DNA of 64,000 nt, taken from IMG/VR virus record IMGVR_UViG_3300032435_000001; one strand, written 5' to 3'. A model generated the notes under the pieces. That model was not told the DNA's origin, ran no database searches, and saw only the letters and a program-made list of their open reading frames with translations. Positions 19,224 through 29,498 of the stretch are shown here, one piece after another (position 1 is the stretch's first letter; every line of letters begins with the position of its first letter). The position numbers and the translations under genes are program-made. Origin of the DNA: a virus.

Positions 19224-20972
19224 ATGTCAAATTTATTAACAAGCGGTCATGTTGGAAACATTGGTTTAAACCACATGAAAGCGGTACGTGAAAGTGTACA
19301 AACAAAATGGGATTCATTAGGATTTTTAGATGGTCTTAAAGGTCACGTTAAAGAGAATGTTGCTCAATTATTCGAAAATGAAGCGACTCATTTATTAAAC
19401 GAATCTACAACTGCGGATTCATCAGGTTCTTTCGAAACTGTTGTATTCCCTATTGTAAGAAGAGTTTTCTCTAAATTATTAGCTAATGAAATTGTATCGG
19501 TACAAGCGATGAGTATGCCAATTGGTAAATTATTCTTCTTCGTTCCAGTTATTTCTGAAAGAGTTACCGCTGGGGCAACTCAAAGTCACACATCAATGGC
19601 TGAAGGTGGTTTACCTTCATGTATAACTGTTGGTGCTGGTTGTGAAATGACAACGTTCCAAGGTAAGAATCTTTATGATATTTACTATAATGATGGTTTA
19701 TTTGACCACTCAAAAGGTGAAATTACTATTAAAACAGGTTCTTATGATGTAGTTACTTTAGGTGCTGGTGGTAACTTTACAGTTGCAAATGGTTCAAGGT
19801 TACCAGGTTCTACTGATGGTACTATAAGAGGTGTTATGTTAGCAGTTAAAGGGTTTAACTCAGTTCAAAAAGGTAGATTAAATGGTCCAGATGGTAATCA
19901 AATGGATACTGAATCTTTCTTAGCTTCATTAATGGTTATTAATGGTGTTGCACCAATTCTTAGCCCAGATGGTGATGTAATTGTAGCTCCAGGCGCTGTG
20001 ATTCCATTTAGATTGGTTACTCAAAGATACGGTAAAGGTATTGTTGGTTACGATAACATTTGTGATGCAGATGGTAATCTTTATGTTGAATTAGATATCA
20101 CTAACCCAGTTTCTGCTACAGGTACTGAGACTTTTGATGGTTATGTTGGTTCAGAAGCATTTACTGCTAATACAGCTTCATTCTTAGTTTCATGGGCTGA
20201 ATACGCATCTCTTGAATTAGAGACTGAAATGGGAGAAGTTTCTTTCAAATTAGACGAGGTAGTTGTATCTGTTGAAGAAAGAAAATTGAGAGCTACTTGG
20301 TCTCCAGAGCTTGCTCAAGATGTTAGTGCTTTCCATAATATCGATGCTGAAGCTGAATTAACTGCAATGTTATCAGAGCAAGTTGCGGCTGAAATTGATA
20401 GAGAAATCCTTAGAGACTTAAGAAAAGCAGCTGCTTGGCAAATAAGATGGGATTATAACGGATGGAGAAAAACTTCATTAGCAGCGAATGCTTATACTCA
20501 AAAAGATTGGAATCAAACTTTAATCACTAGAGTTAATCAAATTTCTGCTCAAATCCACAAATCTACGTTAAGAGGTGGTGCTAACTTTATTGTTGTATCT
20601 TCTGAGATTTCAGCTATTTTTGATGATTTAGAGTACTTCCACGTATCTGACGCATCAGCTGAACAAGATAACTACAACATGGGGATTGAAAAAGTAGGTT
20701 CATTAAGTGGTAGATACCAAGTGTATAGAGACCCTTATGCTCCAGCTAACTCTATGATTATAGGTCATAAAGGTAAGTCATTGTTAGACACTGGGTATAT
20801 CTATGCTCCATACGTGCCATTACAATTGACACCTACAATGTATAACCCATTCAATTTTGCACCAGTAAAAGGTATTATGACTAGATATGCGAAAAAAGTT
20901 GTAAATAACAGATTTTACGGGCATATTTCTGTTGATGGTGTTCCAACATTTAACCTTAATGAATTAAGATAA
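19224..20972 (+). CDS. Major capsid protein (T4 gp23-like)
   Basis: FPIVRRVF, IVSVQAMSMPIG, RKLRATWSPELAQD, AEIDREI, GYIYAPYVPL, GIMTRY. Confidence 0.96.
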   Translation: MSNLLTSGHVGNIGLNHMKAVRESVQTKWDSLGFLDGLKGHVKENVAQLFENEATHLLNESTTADSSGSFETVVFPIVRRVFSKLLANEIVSVQAMSMPIGKLFFFVPVISERVTAGATQSHTSMAEGGLPSCITVGAGCEMTTFQGKNLYDIYYNDGLFDHSKGEITIKTGSYDVVTLGAGGNFTVANGSRLPGSTDGTIRGVMLAVKGFNSVQKGRLNGPDGNQMDTESFLASLMVINGVAPILSPDGDVIVAPGAVIPFRLVTQRYGKGIVGYDNICDADGNLYVELDITNPVSATGTETFDGYVGSEAFTANTASFLVSWAEYASLELETEMGEVSFKLDEVVVSVEERKLRATWSPELAQDVSAFHNIDAEAELTAMLSEQVAAEIDREILRDLRKAAAWQIRWDYNGWRKTSLAANAYTQKDWNQTLITRVNQISAQIHKSTLRGGANFIVVSSEISAIFDDLEYFHVSDASAEQDNYNMGIEKVGSLSGRYQVYRDPYAPANSMIIGHKGKSLLDTGYIYAPYVPLQLTPTMYNPFNFAPVKGIMTRYAKKVVNNRFYGHISVDGVPTFNLNELR

Positions 20973-20994
20973 TTAATTCTTTATTATAAAACTT

Positions 20995-21026
20995 AAAAAG
21001 TCTAACCGAAAGGTTAGACTTTTTTT
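20995..21026 (+). terminator. Intrinsic terminator after MCP
   Basis: aaaaagtctaacc-gaaa-ggttagacttttttt. Confidence 0.9.
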
Positions 21027-21068
21027 GGTTTACATAATATTTATAAACATAAGATAAAGTTTAGATTT

Positions 21069-21488
21069 ATGAAATTAAGTAAAATATTAAATAATATTAT
21101 TAAAGAGGGTTTAAGTCGTGAGATATTAAAAAATTTAGAGAATGATAATAAAACAACATTACCTAAGATTCTAAGTAATAAAATATTCTTCCACGAAGTT
21201 CCAGATATGGGTGTGATATTAAAATCAACTAAAGGTGGTAATGATGATTTAACAAATAATAAAGGTGATGGTTTTGTTTTAACAACAGTTAACGTTAAGA
21301 TGATTATCCCAACCCAAAGAAGTATAAACATAGATAACCTAAAATCAGTTAGTGGTGTCGGAACTAATGGTGTTGAATTAGCTAAGGATAATCAATTCTA
21401 TTTCGTTATAGATGGACACCATAGAATAGCTAATGCCATTTTAAATGGTGAAACTGAAATTGATGTCAAAGTTTTTGGTGGTGAGTAA
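21069..21488 (+). CDS. ParB/Srx-like domain protein with a capsid-targeting-like leader
   Basis: IPTQ and FVIDGHHRIANAILNG; N-terminus MKLSKILNNIIKE. Confidence 0.7.
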   Translation: MKLSKILNNIIKEGLSREILKNLENDNKTTLPKILSNKIFFHEVPDMGVILKSTKGGNDDLTNNKGDGFVLTTVNVKMIIPTQRSINIDNLKSVSGVGTNGVELAKDNQFYFVIDGHHRIANAILNGETEIDVKVFGGE

Positions 21489-21552
21489 AGATTTTAAAAC
21501 ACTTTTTAAAGCTATTTAAGGCAATTTCACAACATTTGACGACTTAATTAAA

Positions 21553-21578
21553 ATACAAACCGTTTAAACGGTTTGTAT
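21553..21578. repeat. Perfect 26-bp palindrome between convergent genes
   Basis: atacaaaccgtttaaacggtttgtat. Confidence 0.9.
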
Positions 21579-21615
21579 GGCTTAAAAATGTGTTTTAGTG
21601 GTAATGTATTACCGT

Positions 21616-23016
21616 CTAATCATTTATTAATTCAGATTGGTTTACAATTTGAAACCTAAGTGTATCGTTGAGTGTTCTAACCTCAAAATTACCTGAATAC
21701 CTAATATCTAGGTAATACGTGTTTGGTACTAAACTTATCGTATCTAATAAGAAGTAATTTTGGTTAAAACCTATATTGATTGGTTGGAAATCAATTACTG
21801 TGTATTGTGAGTTCCCTTCCTTAACGTATAATCTATATTCCAAGTCATCCAACGGTGCTGATTGATTTGAGGTATATGGGATTTTAACATTAACAACCAC
21901 TTTTCTAATATCACCTCTATAAACACTTTCATTCATTTTAATACCTTTAAAGGTAAAACCATAATTAGGGGTATCGTATGTGTCTGAACCAATATTAAAA
22001 TAACCTTCACCCTTAACTGAGAATTCTAATTCAATATCTGGTTTAACATTACCATTAATTACAATGTTAGACCAAACATCATTATACATGGTACAATCAT
22101 TTTGCCCATCATCATCGATATTTAATTCTATATAATAAACACCTTTAGTTGCTTGTAAGGCTGTAATTGTTATTAAAGGTGTTGAACTACTATCTAATAT
22201 AGTTACTATCGGTAGAGCGTCTAAATTGGTTGGTTGACCACCGAATGATGAGTATAAGTAAAGTCTATTATCTTTACCTAAGTAAAAATTACTTCTATCA
22301 TCTTTAATTGTCTCCAAGTTTATAGTCTCTATTAGTGGTTCGAAAAATGTTTGTGTGTGTCTAGTGAAAAAACCAACGTATTGTAAGTTATCCGTAACGG
22401 TATTTTGTTCTAAGCTTAAATCAAAACTTAAACCTAAATTAATTGTCGTTGCTGTTGTTGTGGTTATAAAATTATTTATAACGTCACTAATATCTAAATT
22501 AATGTTCTCATTACCTTGTTCAAAGTGTATTCGACCCACTTCATTTGAGCTACCACTAAATACTCCATCACCACCAATCCAATTAGTGTTAGTTTTAGCA
22601 TTACCCCAATTTGATGGTGAACTATTTAAAGATTGTGAATCGTATGGTATCATAAGTTCATTCACGAAATAATCATAACCAACACCCTCATCCCACTCGT
22701 CATCAAATTTAAATAATGATAAGTCAAATGATGATGTTCTAATTTTCATATCGCTAGTGAAACCACCTAATAAGGAATCATCAAACGTACCAGTATTTGT
22801 TAGTCTTAATGTGTGTTTTAACGTACTTATATTTGGGTAAAAACCATTTTCATGTAAATCCCTAATCCTTTCTAAATTAATACCAAAAATGAACCGACTA
22901 TAATTTCTTAGAAGGTCACCACCATAAAATAATTCAGCAACTGGGTTTTGACCAGTATTTAAAGTACTATCTTTAACTATCGTATTATTTCTATCAAAGT
23001 AGCTTCTAATTACCAT
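21616..23016 (-). CDS. Putative virion structural protein (beta-rich, WDEG.G motif)
   Basis: YSRFIF, WDEGVGYDY, FFTRHTQTFFEP; late motif upstream. Confidence 0.6.
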   Translation of the reverse strand: MVIRSYFDRNNTIVKDSTLNTGQNPVAELFYGGDLLRNYSRFIFGINLERIRDLHENGFYPNISTLKHTLRLTNTGTFDDSLLGGFTSDMKIRTSSFDLSLFKFDDEWDEGVGYDYFVNELMIPYDSQSLNSSPSNWGNAKTNTNWIGGDGVFSGSSNEVGRIHFEQGNENINLDISDVINNFITTTTATTINLGLSFDLSLEQNTVTDNLQYVGFFTRHTQTFFEPLIETINLETIKDDRSNFYLGKDNRLYLYSSFGGQPTNLDALPIVTILDSSSTPLITITALQATKGVYYIELNIDDDGQNDCTMYNDVWSNIVINGNVKPDIELEFSVKGEGYFNIGSDTYDTPNYGFTFKGIKMNESVYRGDIRKVVVNVKIPYTSNQSAPLDDLEYRLYVKEGNSQYTVIDFQPINIGFNQNYFLLDTISLVPNTYYLDIRYSGNFEVRTLNDTLRFQIVNQSELIND

Positions 23017-23072
23017 CCTTTTTATTTATAAATATCTAAATAATTAGAATAATCACTTATAATTACTTATTT

Positions 23073-24002
23073 TTAGTTAATACGTATATTCTTTGATAGC
23101 ATTGAATCTAAATCGAATTTTAAACATTCGCTAATACTATTACTACCAGCTAAATCCTCTGGTTTAAGGCCATTGTAGGCATGTACGTGATTTAAAAAAG
23201 CGTTCCTTAAAAATTTTAAGTATGTGACTAACGTATCACCAAACACTAATGGGTGTGCTTCTCTTATAATTTTATTTAATTCGTCTTTAGTGATTAAATC
23301 ATCTTGGTCATTTAAAATAAATCTTGGTGAACCTTCTTTATGTGTTAATAAATTTATTTTATCAGATACTAAATTAATAACACCAGTTTTAATGGTATCA
23401 CCATCCAACCTCAAATTATGTTTGATTTGGATAAAACTTTGGTTAACCATATTAAAGTTTGGGATACTACCTTTTAATGTGTTTAACTCGAAAACACCAG
23501 CTCTAATAACAACTTCGGTGTGTTTAAATGTTAAGTCTGAATTATTCCTACCTAAAATAGCGACATCCTCTTTATTAGGTGATACGCCTTTATTACTTGG
23601 TACTGTTGATGGGCTTTGCTTTTCTTTATGGAAACCACTGTTTAACATGGATGTTGCACCATTAATATAAGTATCACCAGCTAACATTTGAGGTTGGGAT
23701 ATTACAGGACCAAAAAAAACCCTATCCGAATATGGGTTTTTTGATGATGGTACCAAAACAAAAACAACTTCACCAACTTTAGGTGTGATGTGGAAAAATT
23801 TTTGTAACATTGGGAAACAGAATGGTAAATCTGAATCTGAGATACCTTCGTCAAGACCTAAAATCCTAACCTTCACTCTACCAGCATCACTTTTATCGGT
23901 ATTAGTTAACACTACACCAGTAAAAAAGTTACTTTTTAATACGTTATCATTTGAGTTACCGTTAAATATACTCTTACTACCTGATATAAACTTATTACTC
24001 AT
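23073..24002 (-). CDS. Baseplate hub/spike protein with Gp5-like N-terminal OB fold
   Basis: GVV..TD...GRVKVRI.G.D...LPFC.P...PKVGE.VFV; C-terminal HVH. Confidence 0.75.
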   Translation of the reverse strand: MSNKFISGSKSIFNGNSNDNVLKSNFFTGVVLTNTDKSDAGRVKVRILGLDEGISDSDLPFCFPMLQKFFHITPKVGEVVFVLVPSSKNPYSDRVFFGPVISQPQMLAGDTYINGATSMLNSGFHKEKQSPSTVPSNKGVSPNKEDVAILGRNNSDLTFKHTEVVIRAGVFELNTLKGSIPNFNMVNQSFIQIKHNLRLDGDTIKTGVINLVSDKINLLTHKEGSPRFILNDQDDLITKDELNKIIREAHPLVFGDTLVTYLKFLRNAFLNHVHAYNGLKPEDLAGSNSISECLKFDLDSMLSKNIRIN

Positions 24003-24175
24003 TACTTTAACCTATCACTTAAAATTTCATTAATATTATTAAAGTCAACCTCAATAGTTTCCATCTCATCAACTAATTTTAATATCTTAGTTTTAATAGA
24101 GTTATGTTCTTCTTGTAGAGATTTAACCTCTGTTATTAATTTATTTGTCGTTTGTTCGTTCCAATTTTTCATCAT
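24002..24175 (-). CDS. 57-aa coiled-coil protein (not in ORF track)
   Basis: MMKNWNEQTTNKLITEVKSLQEEHNSIKTKILKLVDEMETIEVDFNNINEILSDRLK; TAATG overlaps with both neighbours. Confidence 0.7.
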   Translation of the reverse strand: MMKNWNEQTTNKLITEVKSLQEEHNSIKTKILKLVDEMETIEVDFNNINEILSDRLK

Positions 24176-24609
24176 TACCTAATAACTCCAGTTCCAATCG
24201 CTATGTTAGTGGTGGCACCTTGCGATATCACAGGTCCACCTAAATTACCTACACCAATAGTTGTTACCTGAACACCAGGCGGTATCACAACCTCAATTTT
24301 AGAGGTCATTTGTAGGGCCTTAATTATCTCCTCGATTCTTATTAACTCCATCAACTCACTAATATTACCATTTTCAGTGAATAAATTACCAACTGGGGCA
24401 CCAGCATCAACTTGTCTAGCGATAATTCTAGATGCAACACCTCTAGGTGATAACCCTGGTCTGGTATTAGAACCTAACAATAGTAATTGTGGGGGTAATG
24501 GTGGTAATGGTTCTTCAGGTGCATCAAAAGCACCCATAATAAGATTTATTATATTCCCAATAGAACTAAAATCATCTTTACTTTCTGGACCAACTTTATC
24601 TTCAGCCAT
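24175..24609 (-). CDS. Hypothetical protein, probably structural
   Basis: 144-aa ORF in the late operon with the Gp5-like gene. Confidence 0.7.
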   Translation of the reverse strand: MAEDKVGPESKDDFSSIGNIINLIMGAFDAPEEPLPPLPPQLLLLGSNTRPGLSPRGVASRIIARQVDAGAPVGNLFTENGNISELMELIRIEEIIKALQMTSKIEVVIPPGVQVTTIGVGNLGGPVISQGATTNIAIGTGVIR

Positions 24610-24640
<31 letters not shown>

Positions 24641-24642
24641 TT

Positions 24643-26094
24643 TTAAGCTAAATCAGTAGCTTTACTTAATTTAGCCTTACTACTATTAGTGGCATTTAGG
24701 AGACTAGCTTTTTGCTCCATTTTTATCCTCTCCTTTTCCTTCCTAGCTTCAATCATACTTTCGGCCACTAACTCTAAAACCATTTTTAAAACCTCTTTTA
24801 GTAGTAGTCTTATTATAATCTCTTTAACGCTTTTAATGATAGAATTTACTAACGCTTTATTTTTAGTAATAAACTCAATAGGGTTTTCAAATGACGTACC
24901 ATATATTATTGAGTGGTTTAAAGCGAAAATCATAATTAGTTTAGGTGATAAAATAATACTCATAACAGATGTGATTAATTTTTTAATAACCGAATCTATA
25001 AAGTCTAATTTAATAGTTGGTATATCACCTAGTTTACTACCTATAGACGATAACTCACCTAATTTAGATAACCCACCATTTAATTTCTGAGCTAAATCAG
25101 ATTTAGATACAGCTCCTTTTAATTTCTCACTAATAGCTGCTAACTCATTGAATGGTATTGAAGACGCTACTGGTGTATCTAAATTTAAATTTTTAACACC
25201 AATCTTCTTATTCATAATCAATTCCTCAAATTCAACGGTATCATCATTTGAGAACTTAAAATAACTATCATTAATTACTTTACTCTCATCAGCCTTTACA
25301 ATCTTATCGATTATTTTCTCAATTTGCAACTCCTTTAAAATTTGACTATCACTTTTTTTACTTTGAAGTGACATGGTACCAAATATAGAATCAACAATAC
25401 CGTTGATTAGTTTACTAGCATCAAACAAGTCAATACTATCAATGAAATCATCATTTAAATCCTTCATTTTCTTCCCATTAGCTGGGTTACTGTAATACTC
25501 ACTAACTTTTACGTTAATAGTATTATTTGAACTACCCACTGGGTTAAATTTAAATGTTAATATATCATTTTCACTAGTAGCACTACCCCAATTCTGTTCC
25601 AAGTTTGGTAATTGAATTGAGTTGAATAAAAAAGTGTTAAAATCAGAACTATTAATACCACCACCAACATCGTCATATAACAACTTACCAACATCACTAG
25701 TTGGGTCAGTTAACATTATACCTAGATAATCTAGTTTCCTTATATTAACATCAAACCCAGTTGAAGCTGGGTTAATGGTTTGGTGTTTTACCCATTCTGG
25801 TATTGAAGGATTGATACCACAACTAATAATCTTACCTAAATCTTTTTTTAATATTTTTTTAACTTTAACTTCAATATTATCTAAATTAAAAGCTATGGTT
25901 TCAATAATAATTTTTTTTTGCGATTCAAATCCAGCTAATGTTTTTAATAAATCATTTAAAAAAGCCATAGAATCACCAGACTTGTCTATCGAACCAAAAG
26001 AATTATCAATTTTAAATTTAGGTATACCTTCCTTTGAGACCCTAAGGGCTGCTATTTCACCAAAAACTTTCTTTTTACTACCAGTAACATCCAT
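24643..26094 (-). CDS. Hypothetical protein, probably structural
   Basis: 483-aa ORF in late operon. Confidence 0.7.
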   Translation of the reverse strand: MDVTGSKKKVFGEIAALRVSKEGIPKFKIDNSFGSIDKSGDSMAFLNDLLKTLAGFESQKKIIIETIAFNLDNIEVKVKKILKKDLGKIISCGINPSIPEWVKHQTINPASTGFDVNIRKLDYLGIMLTDPTSDVGKLLYDDVGGGINSSDFNTFLFNSIQLPNLEQNWGSATSENDILTFKFNPVGSSNNTINVKVSEYYSNPANGKKMKDLNDDFIDSIDLFDASKLINGIVDSIFGTMSLQSKKSDSQILKELQIEKIIDKIVKADESKVINDSYFKFSNDDTVEFEELIMNKKIGVKNLNLDTPVASSIPFNELAAISEKLKGAVSKSDLAQKLNGGLSKLGELSSIGSKLGDIPTIKLDFIDSVIKKLITSVMSIILSPKLIMIFALNHSIIYGTSFENPIEFITKNKALVNSIIKSVKEIIIRLLLKEVLKMVLELVAESMIEARKEKERIKMEQKASLLNATNSSKAKLSKATDLA

Positions 26095-26097
26095 ATA

Positions 26098-26472
26098 CTA
26101 CCCCTCATTATCTTTTTTCATTATACTTCTTAACCTACTAAACTCCTCTAAAGTAGGTGAACCATTAGAAACTCTGGAGGTTTCTACATCATCAATATTA
26201 CCATTATGTTTAACAATATCGTTTAGTAATTTAGCAACCTCTAATTTAACTTTAATAGCTGAATCCTTAACTTTATAACCGTTTGTTTTTTCCCTAGCTA
26301 TTTTAGTTATATCATCAACAGTTTCAGCGATAGTAGAATTACTTAATTCATTTATAGCTCTTTGTACGTCATTAATTTGAGCGCACGAATCGTTATAAAC
26401 TTCTTGCATTAAACCTTGTATACTATCAATGTTGTTAACTGTAATCTGCTGTTTCTTTTTACGTCTGTTCAT
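26098..26472 (-). CDS. Hypothetical helical protein (terminase small subunit candidate, unproven)
   Basis: 124 aa, coiled-coil, late motif upstream. Confidence 0.55.
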   Translation of the reverse strand: MNRRKKKQQITVNNIDSIQGLMQEVYNDSCAQINDVQRAINELSNSTIAETVDDITKIAREKTNGYKVKDSAIKVKLEVAKLLNDIVKHNGNIDDVETSRVSNGSPTLEEFSRLRSIMKKDNEG

Positions 26473-26511
26473 AGTTTTAGTTTATTAATAAATACTTTGG
26501 TTTTTCATTTT

Positions 26512-27246
26512 CTACAAAAACCCACCATCTATTTTACTATTCTTTATCAAACTATATAATTTTTTAAACCTTCGCATTGAAACTCTAATGTCTTTGGTGG
26601 TTAAATTAGTATAATCCCTTATAGTTGCTAAGACAGTATTCTTATTATATTTAGAACCACCTTCCATACTTTCAAATATCCCTTCCCAATTACCTAGTAT
26701 TACAATTAACGCCTCACCAACTTTACGTTCATTCTCAGTAATCTTCTTCTTACCTTCAATACCATCTAACTCACTTTGTATTTCAAGAGATACGCTCTTG
26801 ATGAAATCATCTAAGGTGTATTCAGTATCGTCTAATAAATAAGTCATATCTTCCCTTTCTTCTAAGTAAGTTGATGATTTATCGAAAGACGTATTTTGTC
26901 TCATTTCCTTATCATCTTTAATTAAAAGACCTAATATATAATTTTTACAAATAGTACCATAATAGGAGTAAGCTTTCTTACCTTTACCAACCTCAAATCT
27001 ATCCGATTTCCATATTAAATGTGAAACAGTATCAGCATGTAATTCCTCATAAGTTATACCTTTACGGTATAACTTATAACGTCTTATTATTGATTCAACC
27101 ATTTTATTAATGGGCCCCATAAGAAACTCATTATAAATCAAATTTCTATCAGCGATATCTTTAGATTCAATAAATCTAACCACAGCTTTTTCTTCTTCTG
27201 GACCGAAATACAAATCATTTTTCCTTTTTCGACCTCTACTACTCAT
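26512..27246 (-). CDS. Phage sigma factor (T4 gp55-like late sigma)
   Basis: KMVESIIRRY..Y.ELHAD......KSDRFEVGKGKKAYSYYGTICKNY resembles sigma region 2 of gp55-type proteins. Confidence 0.7.
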   Translation of the reverse strand: MSSRGRKRKNDLYFGPEEEKAVVRFIESKDIADRNLIYNEFLMGPINKMVESIIRRYKLYRKGITYEELHADTVSHLIWKSDRFEVGKGKKAYSYYGTICKNYILGLLIKDDKEMRQNTSFDKSSTYLEEREDMTYLLDDTEYTLDDFIKSVSLEIQSELDGIEGKKKITENERKVGEALIVILGNWEGIFESMEGGSKYNKNTVLATIRDYTNLTTKDIRVSMRRFKKLYSLIKNSKIDGGFL

Positions 27247-28046
27247 TAAACCATTTCTTTACTATACGTAATATTCCTATCATTTGTGTGGTAGTATTCT
27301 TTTTTAGCAGTTGCCATCCACCATCTAGCCTCATCAATAGATAAATTATTTTTATAATCATTAAAAAGAGAACCTTCTCTTTGGTTGACATGTTTATAAC
27401 CAAATTTAGGTATTACCATAATATTAACAGATAAATTTACCATTCTTAAAAAGAATTCATAAATAAAAGTTAACTTCATACTAGCTTTCAAACCACCATT
27501 TTCCTCGTAAATAGATTTTTTCATAACCATACCACCAAAATTAAAATTTTGATACTTTAATAAACAGTTAATATCTAGTTGACCCATTATATCTGAAAAC
27601 TCAGCTGCCCATACAGCTTCATTAGTGAAACCAATAAACTCTTCTTTAGCATTTACATCAACAATAACAGGTAAGAATACCCCAACATCACCATAAACTT
27701 CTTTATACTTAACAACATTATCAAACCAAATATTAGAATACTCATCATCTAACTCTAGGATTGAAAACCATTCGGTTTTTGATTTACTAACACCTAAATT
27801 TATTTGTGATGAGAAATCGGTTTTACCTTCATTCTTAACTATAGTAACATTTAAATCTTTAAAATCAAACCCTTCTAAGTATGTTAACGCCTCACTATTA
27901 ATTGGTGTTACTACAATTAGACCCTCTGGTTTAGTTTTTTGGTCTAAAATAGATTGTACTGCTCTACCAAATAAAACTTTAGTTTCATCCGTTAACTCAT
28001 GTATTGGTAAAATTACTGAAATACCATTTTTATTTTCTTTAATCAT
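27246..28046 (-). CDS. Glycosyltransferase family 2 (GT-A)
   Basis: ISVILPIH, AVQSILDQ, INLGV, ILELDD. Confidence 0.85.
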   Translation of the reverse strand: MIKENKNGISVILPIHELTDETKVLFGRAVQSILDQKTKPEGLIVVTPINSEALTYLEGFDFKDLNVTIVKNEGKTDFSSQINLGVSKSKTEWFSILELDDEYSNIWFDNVVKYKEVYGDVGVFLPVIVDVNAKEEFIGFTNEAVWAAEFSDIMGQLDINCLLKYQNFNFGGMVMKKSIYEENGGLKASMKLTFIYEFFLRMVNLSVNIMVIPKFGYKHVNQREGSLFNDYKNNLSIDEARWWMATAKKEYYHTNDRNITYSKEMV

Positions 28047-29148
28047 TTTTCTCTAAGTTTAATTCTTCCGACTCTAACATACGTTCAAAGTCTTTAATTC
28101 TATTACTAACCAAACCTTCAAAAACTTCTTTAACTTTTAAAGTTTGATTATCGGTTGTGTAAATATTTTTAGTTGTTTCCATACCCTCATACAAAGCATT
28201 TGGTATAGAATCTTCCATCCATAACTTAATATACGTTGCGATTAGTTCTGGGATATTTAAAACATTATTAGTCCAAATACCATTATCTTTAATATCTAAA
28301 ACACCTTCAGTCTCAATTTCCATCCACTCTGGAACTAAGTTAGGTATTTTACCAATAACTGGTGTGTTTGACTGGATAGCTTCTAATGGGAATGTTCCGA
28401 AACCAGATACATCATCAACCCAAACAGCTAAACAAGCTTCACTTAATTCTTTAGCGAATTCCGTTCTTGGTAAACCTCTCAATTCTTTGAATGTAACCCA
28501 TTTATACGCTGGGTATTGTAAATAGAATGATTTAGCTATTTTAAGAGCATCTGATTGGTCTCTAGTGTGAATTGCTATAACTGGTATTTTAATTTTTTTA
28601 GTGTCTTTAAAATACTCTGGAATCGAAACTGGTATAACGTGTGTTTTAATACCACTAAAGATACTCTTTAAGTATTCACCTTGTTTTTCACTAGTGGTGA
28701 TAACATCATTAAACCCAAAATCAGTGTTCCATTTCTTACCTGGTTGTAGTAATTCAAAAATATAGTTATAACTTTGAGCCATGACAATTTTTTTACAAGG
28801 GAAAGCTTTAACTTGGTCCATAACATTAGCAAAAACCTCAGGGATTATAATGAAATCACTTGATTTAATGTTTATGCTTTGCGATGTAATTGAAGTGTGA
28901 GGTAATTTCATATACTCTTCACCCAACCAACTAGAAACTCCAGTATATTCATCTTTTTCGTGTAATATAACAGCGTTATACCCTAAATTATTTAATATTT
29001 TAACATTCTCATAAACATTAGCAATACCAGCCGTTGGGTTACCCATCGTGTCTAAAACAAAGAAATATAAAGAAAAGTCTTTATTTTCTAAATGTTGTAT
29101 AACTTCATTAATTTGCTTATTTTTTTCTCCTAATTCCATACTATTCAA
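28039..29148 (-). CDS. Glycosyltransferase, GT-B fold (GT4-like)
   Basis: IIIPE, SGFGTFPLEAIQSNTPVIG. Confidence 0.8.
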   Translation of the reverse strand: MNSMELGEKNKQINEVIQHLENKDFSLYFFVLDTMGNPTAGIANVYENVKILNNLGYNAVILHEKDEYTGVSSWLGEEYMKLPHTSITSQSINIKSSDFIIIPEVFANVMDQVKAFPCKKIVMAQSYNYIFELLQPGKKWNTDFGFNDVITTSEKQGEYLKSIFSGIKTHVIPVSIPEYFKDTKKIKIPVIAIHTRDQSDALKIAKSFYLQYPAYKWVTFKELRGLPRTEFAKELSEACLAVWVDDVSGFGTFPLEAIQSNTPVIGKIPNLVPEWMEIETEGVLDIKDNGIWTNNVLNIPELIATYIKLWMEDSIPNALYEGMETTKNIYTTDNQTLKVKEVFEGLVSNRIKDFERMLESEELNLEKND

Positions 29149-29497
29149 TTATATTTAAAACTTTATATTCAATTAACGTGTTAAAAGCGATTATCTCACC
29201 AACAGTAAAATTATCAAAACCTACTTTCCCCAATGAATCTGCTTCCGATTCACTATCCATTAATTTTTGTATCATTTGCATTAATATCTCATACCTAAAA
29301 CCATCGATAACCCTAGGTTTAGTAAAATGGTTAGTAACCACTTTTTTACCAATTAATAAACCATCACTACCGAAAGTTTCCTTAACTTCACTTTCACTAC
29401 CATCACCAGCTTTTAAAGATGGGTCACCACTTGTTAACATTGTGTTTAATTGCTCAAAATCAATAAACAATTTTTCACCTCCAATTTCTAAATACAT
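29141..29497 (-). CDS. Hypothetical protein
   Basis: 118-aa ORF, overlap-coupled. Confidence 0.7.
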   Translation of the reverse strand: MYLEIGGEKLFIDFEQLNTMLTSGDPSLKAGDGSESEVKETFGSDGLLIGKKVVTNHFTKPRVIDGFRYEILMQMIQKLMDSESEADSLGKVGFDNFTVGEIIAFNTLIEYKVLNIIE

Positions 29498-29498
29498 A

